In this document: positions 18,448 through 27,368 of the stretch, piece by piece | Numbering within the stretch: the stretch's first letter is position 1 | Layout: every line of letters begins with the position of its first letter | The notes under the pieces: generated by a model | What the model saw: only the letters and a program-made list of their open reading frames with translations | Database searches by the model: none | Told to the model about the DNA's origin: nothing | NCBI GenBank assembly: GCA_965151315.1 | Contig: CBCTZG010000002.1 | Coordinates: 25,817 to 89,816, forward strand | Direction of reading: 5' to 3' | DNA from: an uncultured Clostridia bacterium | Lineage (GTDB): Bacteria; Bacillota; Clostridia; UBA1381 | Length of the DNA: 64,000 nucleotides | Position numbers and translations under genes: made by a program

Positions 18448-18450
18448 AAT
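18422..18450 (+). promoter_or_regulatory. Putative promoter of the membrane-protein/hydrolase pair
   Basis: TTGCAT (18422-18427), 17-nt spacer, TATAAT (18445-18450). Confidence 0.5.
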
Positions 18451-18469
18451 GGGCACAGGAGGGGAGAAT

Positions 18470-19051
18470 ATGCGGTTTTTAGAGCATCCTGCTGCGTTCC
18501 TGGCGGGCCTATACGGCCTGTTCCTGACGTTTTGGGGCGCCATGGCTTATCGCTTGCTGGGGGATTCAGTATGGATCTTGACGGGAATTACCATACTGTG
18601 GGGCCTGAGCCTGATCTGGCTTTTAGCGGCGGCGGTGTTTTGCGCCCGGCAGGCGAACCGGCAGCAAAAAGCGAAAGAACTTTCGGCACTGGTGAAAATG
18701 GCCGGCAGGCTGAAGCTGGGAACCATACCGTTTTTTATTTTGAATTTCCTGTTCTGGCTTATCCTTGGTGCTGGATTTATGATTGCCACCCGCGGCTTGC
18801 TGATTGTATTTTCCATTCCCGTATGGATGGCTTTAGCGGGCCTTACCTACGTCTTGCTTTTGTATACCGGCTGGTTTTCGGTAAATGCCCTGGCGCTGGC
18901 TGCCCGTATGGGCTGCCTGACAAAGCGGCGGATGGCTTTTGGGATTTTAGGACAGCTGGTATTTGTTGTGGATATAGCCGCATGGCTGCTTTGCAGCCGG
19001 CGGATCAAAAAAGCCTTAGGAGGAGATACATATGGGATTGCAAAAAAGTGA
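18470..19051 (+). CDS. Hypothetical polytopic membrane protein
   Basis: About 5 hydrophobic helices. AGGAGGGGAG lies upstream of the ATG at 18470. I recognise no motif. Confidence 0.55.
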   Translation: MRFLEHPAAFLAGLYGLFLTFWGAMAYRLLGDSVWILTGITILWGLSLIWLLAAAVFCARQANRQQKAKELSALVKMAGRLKLGTIPFFILNFLFWLILGAGFMIATRGLLIVFSIPVWMALAGLTYVLLLYTGWFSVNALALAARMGCLTKRRMAFGILGQLVFVVDIAAWLLCSRRIKKALGGDTYGIAKK

Positions 19052-19748
19052 ATGGAAGGGATATCCTCGGTATGATTTTCAGGTCAACGGTCACGACTGC
19101 CTGCTGATCGCCCCAAAGGAAGCGGCGGCGGGGAAGCCCTGGGTATGGCGGGCGGAGTTTTTTGACGCATTTGCCTATGCGGATATGGCGCTGCTGGCGG
19201 AAGGGTGGCATATTGCCTACTGCGATCTGCACGACCGGTTCGGCAGTCCCGGAGCGGTGCGGGAAATGAAAGCGTTTCATGACGCTTTAGTTTTGGAGAT
19301 GGGGCTTTCTGGGCAGGCGGATCTGTTTGGCTTCAGCCGGGGCGGCCTGTATGCCGTCAATTATACGGCCGCCTATCCGGCGGATGTGGCGGTTTTATAC
19401 CTGGACGCACCTGTACAAGACCTAAGGAGCTGGCCTCTGGGCGCGGGAAAAGGCGTGGGGAGCCCGCGGGATACGGAGCTTTGCCTGGCGGAATTCGGTG
19501 TGACGGATATTGCGGAAATCCGGGATATGCCGGTTAATAACATCCCCCGTCTGAACGGCGCCGGCGTACCGATCCTGCTGGTATACGGCGATGCGGACGA
19601 GGTGGTGCCTTATGCGGAAAACGGCGCCGTGCTGGCGGCTGGCTTTACAGGCGAGATAAAAATCATTCCCAAGCCCGGGGTGGGGCATCATCCCCACAGC
19701 CTGGAGCCTCCGACGGCCATCGTAGAGTTTATCAAAGCCCATCATTGA
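19032..19748 (+). CDS. Alpha/beta-fold hydrolase (esterase-like)
   Basis: Nucleophile elbow 'GFSRGGLYAV', then later 'YGDADEVVP' and 'GHHPH'. AGGAGG lies upstream. It overlaps the preceding gene by 20 nt. Confidence 0.7.
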   Translation: MGLQKSEWKGYPRYDFQVNGHDCLLIAPKEAAAGKPWVWRAEFFDAFAYADMALLAEGWHIAYCDLHDRFGSPGAVREMKAFHDALVLEMGLSGQADLFGFSRGGLYAVNYTAAYPADVAVLYLDAPVQDLRSWPLGAGKGVGSPRDTELCLAEFGVTDIAEIRDMPVNNIPRLNGAGVPILLVYGDADEVVPYAENGAVLAAGFTGEIKIIPKPGVGHHPHSLEPPTAIVEFIKAHH

Positions 19749-19753
19749 CCGGG

Positions 19754-19789
19754 AAATGCGTTTCTTTTCCAAAAGAAACGCATTTTTTT
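19754..19789 (+). terminator. Rho-independent terminator after the hydrolase gene
   Basis: Stem AAATGCGTTTCTTTT / AAAAGAAACGCATTT followed by a T-run. Confidence 0.8.
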
Positions 19790-19790
19790 A

Positions 19791-19818
19791 TTGTCATTTC
19801 CCTGCTTTGTGGTATAAT
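19791..19818 (+). promoter_or_regulatory. Putative promoter of murD
   Basis: TTGTCA (19791-19796), 16-nt spacer, TATAAT (19813-19818), with TGG just upstream (near-extended -10). Confidence 0.4.
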
Positions 19819-19858
19819 ATGTATGGATATAATTTTTTGAAAAATTTGGAGGCATAGT

Positions 19859-21226
19859 ATGAATGAGAAGTTGGAACAATTTAAGGAGGATATAAAGCGT
19901 AAATCGGTATCTGTGATCGGCATTGGGATCAGCAACCGGCCTTTGATCCGGTATCTGCGGAGCCTGGGTGCCCGAGTGACGGCACGCGACCGCCGGAGCC
20001 GGGCCGAGCTGGGGGAGATTGTTCCCGAGCTGGAAGCGCTGGGGGTCACCCTTCGGCTGGGGGATGATTATTTGGAGGAGCTGCCGGAGGAAGTGATTTT
20101 CAAGACCCCGGGGATGCGGTTCGACGAGCCGGCCCTGTGCCGGGCCCGGGCCGCCGGGGCGTCCGTTACCTCGGAGATGGAGGTATTTTTTGATGTTTGC
20201 CCGGCAAAAATCATTGCGGTCACCGGCAGCGACGGGAAAACCACTACCACCACGCTGATCCACCAGATGCTGCAAAGGTCCGGCCATAAAACCTGGCTGG
20301 GCGGGAATATCGGCAATCCGCTGCTGGTGGAAACAGAAAGGATGTCGCCGGAAGACTGGGTGGTTTTGGAGCTGTCCAGCTTCCAGCTGCACACCATGAA
20401 AAAATCGCCGCATATCGCGGTTATGACCAATATATCCCCCAACCATCTGGACATGCATAAGGACTATCAGGAATATATTGACGCCAAGAAAAATATTATG
20501 CTGTATCAAGAGCCGGGGGATGTCCTGGTAGTGAACGGCGACAACACGGAGACGGCCCGGATCGGCGGGGAAGCCCGGGGAGAAGCCCGGGTGTTCAGCC
20601 GGCAGGGACAAGGAATGGTATATTGTAAGGACGGGACAATTTACCGGCAGGATACACCGGTTTTGGATATTGCGGATATTAAAATTCCCGGTATGCATAA
20701 TGTGGAAAATTACATGGCGGCCATCGCGGCGGTAGACGGGCTGGCGGCGGACGATGTGATCCGCGTCGTAGCCCGGGAATTCGGCGGTGTACCCCACCGG
20801 ATTGAGCTGGTACGGACGCTGGACGGCGTACGGTATTACAACAGCTCCATTGATTCCAGCCCCAATCGGACGATCAATACCCTTCGGGTATTCCCGGAAA
20901 AGGTGATCCTGATTGCCGGCGGCAAGGATAAGGGCATCCCCTACGACGATATAGGTCCGGCTATCGCAGACCATGTGAAGCTGCTGATCTTGATCGGCGC
21001 CACTGCTGGAAAAATCGCCCAAGCGCTGGAAAAGGCGCCGGGCGGGGAACAGGTAGAGGTGCTGCGGCTGGACAGCTATCCGGCGGTGGTGGAAGCAGCC
21101 AGGGCACACGCGCGGCCGGGAGATGTCGTGCTGCTGTCGCCGGCCAGTACCAGCTTTGATATGTTTGCCAACTTTGAGGAGCGGGGTAATTTATTTAAGG
21201 ATTTAGTCAACGGATTATCAGAATAG
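19859..21226 (+). CDS. murD: UDP-N-acetylmuramoyl-L-alanine--D-glutamate ligase
   Basis: 'VTGSDGKTTTTTLI' P-loop, 'NISPNHLDMH', 'PHRIELV' and 'LLSPASTSFDMF' are Mur-ligase/MurD signatures. Confidence 0.95.
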   Translation: MNEKLEQFKEDIKRKSVSVIGIGISNRPLIRYLRSLGARVTARDRRSRAELGEIVPELEALGVTLRLGDDYLEELPEEVIFKTPGMRFDEPALCRARAAGASVTSEMEVFFDVCPAKIIAVTGSDGKTTTTTLIHQMLQRSGHKTWLGGNIGNPLLVETERMSPEDWVVLELSSFQLHTMKKSPHIAVMTNISPNHLDMHKDYQEYIDAKKNIMLYQEPGDVLVVNGDNTETARIGGEARGEARVFSRQGQGMVYCKDGTIYRQDTPVLDIADIKIPGMHNVENYMAAIAAVDGLAADDVIRVVAREFGGVPHRIELVRTLDGVRYYNSSIDSSPNRTINTLRVFPEKVILIAGGKDKGIPYDDIGPAIADHVKLLILIGATAGKIAQALEKAPGGEQVEVLRLDSYPAVVEAARAHARPGDVVLLSPASTSFDMFANFEERGNLFKDLVNGLSE

Positions 21227-21243
21227 GAAAGAGTGGATGAGAT

Positions 21244-22281
21244 TTGGAAGAATTGATCAAAAAGCTCAGCGATCTGCGGGGGATTTCCGGGTTTGAATAC
21301 CGGCTGTCGGATGAACTTGCAGCGCTGTTTGGCCCATATGCCGATGAAGTCACGTTTGACAGCCTGGGCAGTATGATTGCCGTCCGCCGGTCTGAGACAA
21401 AGGACGCCAAAAAAATTATGATTGAAGCCCATTGCGACGAGATCGGGCTCATGGTGCAGGATATCGATGACCGGGGTTTTATTACGTTTGTAAATATTGG
21501 CGGCGTAGACCCGCGGGTACTGCCTGCCGCGGAGGTAGTCGTCCATGGCCGGCGGGATCTGCCGGGGGTAATCGGCGCGAAGCCGCCCCATTTAATGGGG
21601 GAGAAAGAGCAGGACAAGGCCGCGAAGCTGACGGATATGGCCATCGACGTGGGGATGCCCGCCCAGGCGGTACGGTCGCTTGTCGGCGTAGGGGACAGCA
21701 TTACCCTGCCCCAGTCCGTAGGCCGGCTGGCCGGCACCCGGTTCAGCGGCAAAACCCTGGACGACCGGGCTGGCGTGGCGGCGCTTTTAGGGGTTATGCA
21801 GGGATTGCCGCGGAATTTGCAAGCAGACGTGTACGCGGTGGTAGCCGTCCAGGAGGAGGTGGGCTGCCGGGGGGCGAAAACAGCGGCGTATGGTATCCTG
21901 CCGGATGTGGCCCTTGTGGTGGATGTTTGCCACGGTGTTACGCCGGACAACAGCGATAACGCCTTTGCCATCGGCTCCGGCACGGTGATTTCCTTAGGCC
22001 CCAATATCCATCCCTATATAAGCCGGCGGCTGACAGCGCTGGCAAAGCAGTATCAGATACCATACTCCATTGATGTGGACGGGGGAAACACAGGCACGGA
22101 CGCCTGGACGATCCAAGTGGCCAGGACCGGCGTTGCCACAGGCCTTTTATCCATCCCGCTCCGGTATATGCACACTGGGGTCGAAACGGTGGACATTGCC
22201 GACGTGGAGGCCACCAGAGATTTGATCAGCCGGTTTATCGCAGAGTTTGATACGGATTTGGAGGGATGGCTGTGCTATTAA
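21244..22281 (+). CDS. M42-family metallo-aminopeptidase (paralog 1 of 3)
   Basis: TTG start. 'GISGFEY', 'EAHCDEIGLMV', 'KTLDDRAGVAALL', 'VQEEVGCRGA' and 'IPLRYMHT' are M42 (FrvX/TET-like) metal-ligand blocks. Confidence 0.85.
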   Translation: MEELIKKLSDLRGISGFEYRLSDELAALFGPYADEVTFDSLGSMIAVRRSETKDAKKIMIEAHCDEIGLMVQDIDDRGFITFVNIGGVDPRVLPAAEVVVHGRRDLPGVIGAKPPHLMGEKEQDKAAKLTDMAIDVGMPAQAVRSLVGVGDSITLPQSVGRLAGTRFSGKTLDDRAGVAALLGVMQGLPRNLQADVYAVVAVQEEVGCRGAKTAAYGILPDVALVVDVCHGVTPDNSDNAFAIGSGTVISLGPNIHPYISRRLTALAKQYQIPYSIDVDGGNTGTDAWTIQVARTGVATGLLSIPLRYMHTGVETVDIADVEATRDLISRFIAEFDTDLEGWLCY

Positions 22282-23288
22282 AAACATTGTGTGAGATCAA
22301 CGGGGTCAGCGGCAACGAAGGATCTGTCCGCCAATTTATTTTAGGCCGGATACAAGGCCTGGCCGATGAGATCCGGGTGGACAGCATCGGCAATATCCTG
22401 GCCCTGAAAAAAGGCGAAAAGCCGGGAAAAACGGTTATGCTGGCAGCCCACATGGACGAGGTGGGGCTGATTATCAGCGGGATTACGGATCAAGGCTTTT
22501 TAAAGTTTAAAACGGTGGGGGGGATCGACACCCGGGTGTTGATTTCCAAAAAAGTCGCGGTGGGGGAAAACCGGATCCCGGGCGTGATCGGGATCAAAGC
22601 CATTCACTTGCAGGAAAAGGCGGAGCGGGAAACCGTACCTAAGGTCAAGAGCCTGTATATCGACATTGGCGCGGCGGACAAGGCCCAGGCGGAAATGCTG
22701 GTGCAGTTGGGGGACTATGCCGCTTTTGATACGGAATTCGCGGAATTCGGCGACGGGAAATTGAAAGCCAAAGCCATTGATGACCGGGCGGGCTGCATGG
22801 TCTTGCTGGACCTGATCCAGAGGCCTTGCCGGTATGACACCTACTTTTGCTTTACGGTGCAGGAGGAGGTGGGGCTGCGGGGCGCCCAAGCGGCGGCCAG
22901 CCGGATTCAGCCGGACATTGCCCTGGTGTTAGAGGCTACCACCTGCTCCGACGTGTTTGGCTCAAAGCCCCACGAATATGTAACCAGACTGGGGGAAGGG
23001 GTAGCGGTATCCTTTATGGATCGCTCCACCATCGTGCCGGACCGGCTCCGGACTTGGCTGTACGAAACAGCCCGGCAGGAAAATATTCCAGTACAGTATA
23101 AAAACACCACCATGGGCGGAAATGACGCGGGGGCCATTCATGTGGCGTGCCGGGGCGTACCGGCGGCGTCCTTGTCCATCCCCTGCCGGTATCTCCATTC
23201 CCCTGCCGGCGTTGCGGCTTGGGCAGACATTGACGCAATGGAATCGCTGGCAAAATTATTTTTGGAAAGAATCGATGAGGTGATATAA
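22266..23288 (+). CDS. M42-family metallo-aminopeptidase (paralog 2 of 3)
   Basis: 'GVSGNE', 'AAHMDEVGLII', 'KAIDDRAGCMVLL', 'VQEEVGLRGA' and 'IPCRYLHS'. It overlaps the upstream gene by 16 nt. Confidence 0.85.
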   Translation: MAVLLKTLCEINGVSGNEGSVRQFILGRIQGLADEIRVDSIGNILALKKGEKPGKTVMLAAHMDEVGLIISGITDQGFLKFKTVGGIDTRVLISKKVAVGENRIPGVIGIKAIHLQEKAERETVPKVKSLYIDIGAADKAQAEMLVQLGDYAAFDTEFAEFGDGKLKAKAIDDRAGCMVLLDLIQRPCRYDTYFCFTVQEEVGLRGAQAAASRIQPDIALVLEATTCSDVFGSKPHEYVTRLGEGVAVSFMDRSTIVPDRLRTWLYETARQENIPVQYKNTTMGGNDAGAIHVACRGVPAASLSIPCRYLHSPAGVAAWADIDAMESLAKLFLERIDEVI

Positions 23289-24254
23289 ATGGATTTCTTG
23301 GAAAAGCTGACCCAGACAGACGGTGTGTCCGGGCACGAACAGGCAGTGACAGCGGCAATCTGGGCGGAGGCGGCAAAATATGCGGATGAAATCAGGACAG
23401 ACCCGCTGGGGAACCTGATCGTCCGGAAACAGGGGACGGGCAAAAAGATTTTGTTCGCGGCGCATATGGATGAGATCGGCATTGTGGTAACGTATATTGA
23501 CGAGCATGGTTTTCTTCGGTTTTCCGGCGTAGGCGGCCTGGAGAAACGGGATCTGGCCGGCCGGCGTGTCCGGTTTGCCAATGGGACCGTAGGTGTGATC
23601 GGTACGGAGGAGAACAATCAGGATCGTGACGTTGCGAAACTTTATATTGATATTGGAGCAGAAGACCGGCAGCATGCCCAGGAATTGGTGGCTGTAGGCG
23701 ATACAGCGGCGTTTGTCGGCGGGTTTGCGCGGGGAAACGGCATAGTGACCGCAAAGGCGTTGGATAACCGAATCGGCTGCTATGCGCTGCTGGAGGCGAT
23801 AAAGCAGATCCAGAGCCCAAATGATCTGTATTTTGTATTTACTGTCCAGGAGGAGGTAGGCCTGCGGGGAGCGAAAACAGCGGCGTTTGATATTATGCCG
23901 GACTTTGCTGTGGCCATAGACGTAACCGATACCGGCGACACCCCCAACGCGCCGAAAATGGCCGTCAAGCTTGGAAAAGGCGCTGCGGTGAAGATCATGG
24001 ACCGGTCGGTCATATGCTCCGCAAATGTCCGGAGCGCATTGATCGCGTTAGCCAAAGAACATAAAATCCCCTATCAGCTGGAGGTCATGACAGACGGCGG
24101 CACTGACGCCGGCGCGTTGTCCTTGACCGGCGCCGGGATCCAGACGGGCGGCATTTCCATCCCTTGCCGGTATATCCATTCTCCATCAGAAATGATATCG
24201 GAAAAGGATGTGCGGGCAGCGGTTGACCTCATTGCCGCGTATGCGGCCATATAA
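23289..24254 (+). CDS. M42-family metallo-aminopeptidase (paralog 3 of 3)
   Basis: 'GVSGHE', 'AAHMDEIGIVV', 'KALDNRIGCYALL', 'VQEEVGLRGA' and 'IPCRYIHS'. It starts at the nucleotide after the previous stop. Confidence 0.85.
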   Translation: MDFLEKLTQTDGVSGHEQAVTAAIWAEAAKYADEIRTDPLGNLIVRKQGTGKKILFAAHMDEIGIVVTYIDEHGFLRFSGVGGLEKRDLAGRRVRFANGTVGVIGTEENNQDRDVAKLYIDIGAEDRQHAQELVAVGDTAAFVGGFARGNGIVTAKALDNRIGCYALLEAIKQIQSPNDLYFVFTVQEEVGLRGAKTAAFDIMPDFAVAIDVTDTGDTPNAPKMAVKLGKGAAVKIMDRSVICSANVRSALIALAKEHKIPYQLEVMTDGGTDAGALSLTGAGIQTGGISIPCRYIHSPSEMISEKDVRAAVDLIAAYAAI

Positions 24255-24260
24255 GCCTGC

Positions 24261-24291
24261 AAAAAACCACACGCCATGCGTGTGGTTTTTT
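24261..24291. terminator. Bidirectional terminator between the M42 cluster and the AraC gene
   Basis: A6, then stem CCACACG / CGTGTGG, then T6. Confidence 0.8.
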
Positions 24292-24297
24292 GCAATT

Positions 24298-25167
24298 TTA
24301 CACTGGACCAGCCGCCGGCCTGTTTTGATATACACGGCGGAATTCCCCGGGGGTCGCATCCAGACATTTTTTAAAAATCATGTGGAAAAAGTTTAAATCT
24401 CGATAACCAACCAGCGCGGCAATCTCGCTGACAGGCTTGCTCGTATTCAGCAGCAGCCAGCAGCTGCGTTCGATCCGGACCTTCTGCAAATACGCGATAA
24501 AGGGAATCCCCATAGTCTGCTTGAATTTCTGGCTCAGATAAGGCAGACTATAGTTGAGCGACCGGCTGATCTGGGTGAGGGTAATGTCCTGGTCGTAATG
24601 CCCGTGGATATACGCAAGCATCTGGCTGATGGTTTTGTCCGTATAGTCTGTCCGTTCTTCACGAATAATTTTCCGCATAGTCAGGATCAGCAGCTCGATC
24701 AGCTTACTGCGGATCAATTCGATATAACCATAGGGCTTATTTTCATATTCTTCTACTAATGCTTCAAACAAGGCGCTGATCCTGCCGTCGTCATCATGGA
24801 ACACATAGTTTGCCGGATTTGTTTTGAGAATGTTATTGCTGAAATGGATCAGATGGTTGTTGATCAGGGTTTCAAAGCTCCGGCAGTTTTTCAGGACAGG
24901 ATCAATTAAAGAAGGGAGGAAAAGGCAGTTGATCAGCTGGCAGGAGCTGTCCTGAATGGCAGTATAGCTGTGGGGCGTATCGTAATCAATAATAAAAAAA
25001 TCCCCTTTTGCAACGGTACTTTCCGTCCCATTGACTGTATGCCGGATTTGGCCGCGCGCAATATATACCAGCTCCAGATAGTCATGGGTATGGGCGCGCA
25101 TGTCATTTTGTATAAACGGCATAAGCCGTACCTGCTCCGCGCCTAAGGTGTTAGGAAGAACGGGCAT
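24298..25167 (-). CDS. AraC-family transcriptional regulator with an N-terminal cupin-like domain
   Basis: The C-terminal double HTH is 'ITLTQISRSLNYSLPYLSQKFKQTMG...VSEIAALVGYRDLNFFHMIFKK'. Confidence 0.85.
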   Translation of the reverse strand: MPVLPNTLGAEQVRLMPFIQNDMRAHTHDYLELVYIARGQIRHTVNGTESTVAKGDFFIIDYDTPHSYTAIQDSSCQLINCLFLPSLIDPVLKNCRSFETLINNHLIHFSNNILKTNPANYVFHDDDGRISALFEALVEEYENKPYGYIELIRSKLIELLILTMRKIIREERTDYTDKTISQMLAYIHGHYDQDITLTQISRSLNYSLPYLSQKFKQTMGIPFIAYLQKVRIERSCWLLLNTSKPVSEIAALVGYRDLNFFHMIFKKCLDATPGEFRRVYQNRPAAGPV

Positions 25168-25234
25168 TTAAAAATCCCCCTTATTTAACAAAATATATCC
25201 TGTATTTTTATTATAAAGAGGCAGCCGGTTCCTG

Positions 25235-25813
25235 TCAAGCTTTTTTGGGCAGGGAAAGCAAAATATCGGCCAGCGGCCGCTTCGGTACCTGTAAAATACC
25301 CTGGCTGTCAAAATAATATTTGCAATTGCCCTCTGTTATTGGCCGGATAACGCTTTCCTGGTCGGGATAACCCACAGCCAGCAGATAAAGAAGCCGCAGA
25401 CGATCGTCAAAGCCTAGCAGTGACTGGAGCGCCGGCCGGTCGATGGCGCCCAGCCAGCAGGTGGCAAGCCCCAGCTCCACAGCAGCCAGCATCATGGTGG
25501 TAACAGCGGCGCCGGCGTCGGTTTCAAAAGCGCTGCTGATAGTGGTATCCCCAAAAACGGCAATGTAGGCCGGAGGCCCCTCCATCGGCGCGGGATTCCA
25601 GTCCGGCAGATAGCCGGCCCACTTGACCAACGGGAATATGGCCTGTACAATATCCCTGTTATCTAAAACGGCATATTTTAAAGGCTGCAGATTGGCGCCG
25701 CTGGCACAGAGGCGGGCTGTATCCACCAGGTCGGTCAGGATCGTATGGTTTATCGGCGTCTGTAAAAATTTGCGGATACTCCGCCGGCTTTTGATCGCTT
25801 CTCGTACGTTCAT
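25235..25813 (-). CDS. Nitroreductase-family protein
   Basis: 'AIKSRRSIRKF', 'SGANLQPLKY' and 'GLATCWLGA' fit the nitroreductase fold pattern. Confidence 0.85.
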   Translation of the reverse strand: MNVREAIKSRRSIRKFLQTPINHTILTDLVDTARLCASGANLQPLKYAVLDNRDIVQAIFPLVKWAGYLPDWNPAPMEGPPAYIAVFGDTTISSAFETDAGAAVTTMMLAAVELGLATCWLGAIDRPALQSLLGFDDRLRLLYLLAVGYPDQESVIRPITEGNCKYYFDSQGILQVPKRPLADILLSLPKKA

Positions 25814-25964
25814 AGTACACTCCTTCCGCCGGCCTGGGCCGGCTTATGTGATTTGCTGTTCAGCATAGCTATTATAACACAATCTGGAAAAAGGCGCAAT
25901 TCACTCTTTACACAAACAAAGTTTTGTGCTATTATGAAAAGAGAACCCAAAAGGAGTATGAAGA

Positions 25965-27359
25965 ATGGAAAAGACGCCAATTTTTTCTATGCTGGAGCAT
26001 TATCGAAAAAAAGAACGGATTTCCTTCGCGATGCCCGGGCACAAAGGGGGCCGGGGGCTGGGGCAAGGGGCCGGATTGTTTTCCCTGGACGTAACAGAGC
26101 TGGCGGATACGGATAATTTATATACATCCACTGGGGCGGTTGAAAAAGCCCGGCGCTTGGCCGCAGAATTTTTTGGCGCGGAAGAAACCTATTTCCTGAC
26201 CAATGGAACCACCGGCGGGATTTTTACTATGCTGGCGGCGGTATGCCGGCGGGGGGATCGGGTGTTGGTGAACCGGGGCTGTCATGCTTCCGTGATGAAT
26301 GCCTGCAGCCTTTTAGGGCTGGAACCGGTTTTTGCGGAGCATCCCTTGATCCCCGGCTTTTCTGTGCTGGGCGGCGTGACGCCGGCGGAGATCCGGCGGC
26401 GGCTAGGACCGGAGATCCGGGCGGTATTGATCACCTCGCCTAGCTTTTATGGGGCTTGTGCGGATGTGGAGGCAATTGCGGAAATTACCCGCCAGCACGG
26501 TATCCCCCTGCTGGTAGACGAAGCCCATGGCGCCCACTATAGCGCGGAGCCGGCCCTGTTTCCGAAGCCTGCGCTGCGGTGCGGCGCAGATCTTGTGGTT
26601 CAGAGCGCCCATAAGACTCTGAATGCGGTGAACCAGACATCTTATCTCCATGTGCGGTCTGCGCTGGTGGATCATAAACGGCTGCGGGACTGTGTGCAGA
26701 TGCTGCTGACCTCCAGCCCGTCCTTTGTCATGGCGGGCTTTTTGGACAGCGCCCGGGCGGAGCTGGCTGGGGATAACGGCTGGCGGGCAGCATGGGAATG
26801 CTGCCGCCGGATTAAGGCGGAGATTACCCAAAATACGGCGGTTCAGGTTTTAGGCCGGGATACGGACGGGGTGTTTGATATGGATGAAACCCGGCTGGTA
26901 TTCAATTTTGCCGCGTATGAAACCACAGGCTTTGCCGTACAGAAGGCGCTGCGGGAACGGTATAATATTGATGTGGAGATGGCGGATCTATATAATATTA
27001 TTTGTATTGCCACCGCCGCCAATACCCAGGCGGAAATTGAAAGCCTGGGCCGGGGGATCCGGGAAATTGCCAAGCGTCTGCCCCAGAGGGAAACGCCGCT
27101 TTTGCACAAGGCGTTCCCCCGGGTAGAATGCGTACTGCCGCCCCAGGCGGCCTTTGACGCGCCGGGAGAATGGATCCGGCCGGAAGCGGCGGCGGGCCGG
27201 ATCGCAAAAAGCATGGTAACTGTATATCCGCCGGGGATCCCAGTACTTTTCCCCGGGGCTGCGGTAACGCGGGAGGCTGTGGAATATTTAGCGGTCTACG
27301 GCGCGGCCGGCGGGGAAATTATCGGCTTGGAACAGGATCAATTATATGTGGTGAAATGA
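25965..27359 (+). CDS. PLP-dependent Orn/Lys/Arg decarboxylase-family protein
   Basis: 'FAMPGHKGGRG', 'DEAHGAH' and 'SAHKTL' (the PLP lysine) match the OKR_DC_1-type fold. Confidence 0.85.
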   Translation: MEKTPIFSMLEHYRKKERISFAMPGHKGGRGLGQGAGLFSLDVTELADTDNLYTSTGAVEKARRLAAEFFGAEETYFLTNGTTGGIFTMLAAVCRRGDRVLVNRGCHASVMNACSLLGLEPVFAEHPLIPGFSVLGGVTPAEIRRRLGPEIRAVLITSPSFYGACADVEAIAEITRQHGIPLLVDEAHGAHYSAEPALFPKPALRCGADLVVQSAHKTLNAVNQTSYLHVRSALVDHKRLRDCVQMLLTSSPSFVMAGFLDSARAELAGDNGWRAAWECCRRIKAEITQNTAVQVLGRDTDGVFDMDETRLVFNFAAYETTGFAVQKALRERYNIDVEMADLYNIICIATAANTQAEIESLGRGIREIAKRLPQRETPLLHKAFPRVECVLPPQAAFDAPGEWIRPEAAAGRIAKSMVTVYPPGIPVLFPGAAVTREAVEYLAVYGAAGGEIIGLEQDQLYVVK

Positions 27360-27368
27360 GATAGGATT

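Noticed and set aside
18379-19107. A 242-aa plus-strand ORF overlapping both the membrane-protein gene and the esterase gene in another frame.
   Set aside because: Its translation is Gly/Arg/Pro/Cys-rich with no hydrophobic periodicity. The two in-frame genes each have an AGGAGG RBS and coherent features.
19742-21109. A 455-aa ORF on the minus strand, exactly as long as murD on the opposite strand.
   Set aside because: It lies fully antisense to a gene with unmistakable MurD motifs. Its translation is Arg/Pro/Gly/His-rich junk with no motifs. Long antisense ORFs are expected in GC-rich coding DNA.
21207-22004. A 265-aa minus-strand ORF across the murD end and M42 paralog 1. The same applies to the other 60-180-aa antisense or alternate-frame ORFs in the track, for example 763-1254, 3475-4020, 4572-4991, 12779-13198, 13848-14144, 23014-23820 and 56524-57048.
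   Set aside because: All overlap strongly supported genes, and their low-complexity translations are rich in Ser, Pro, Arg and Ala. None has its own RBS or promoter context.
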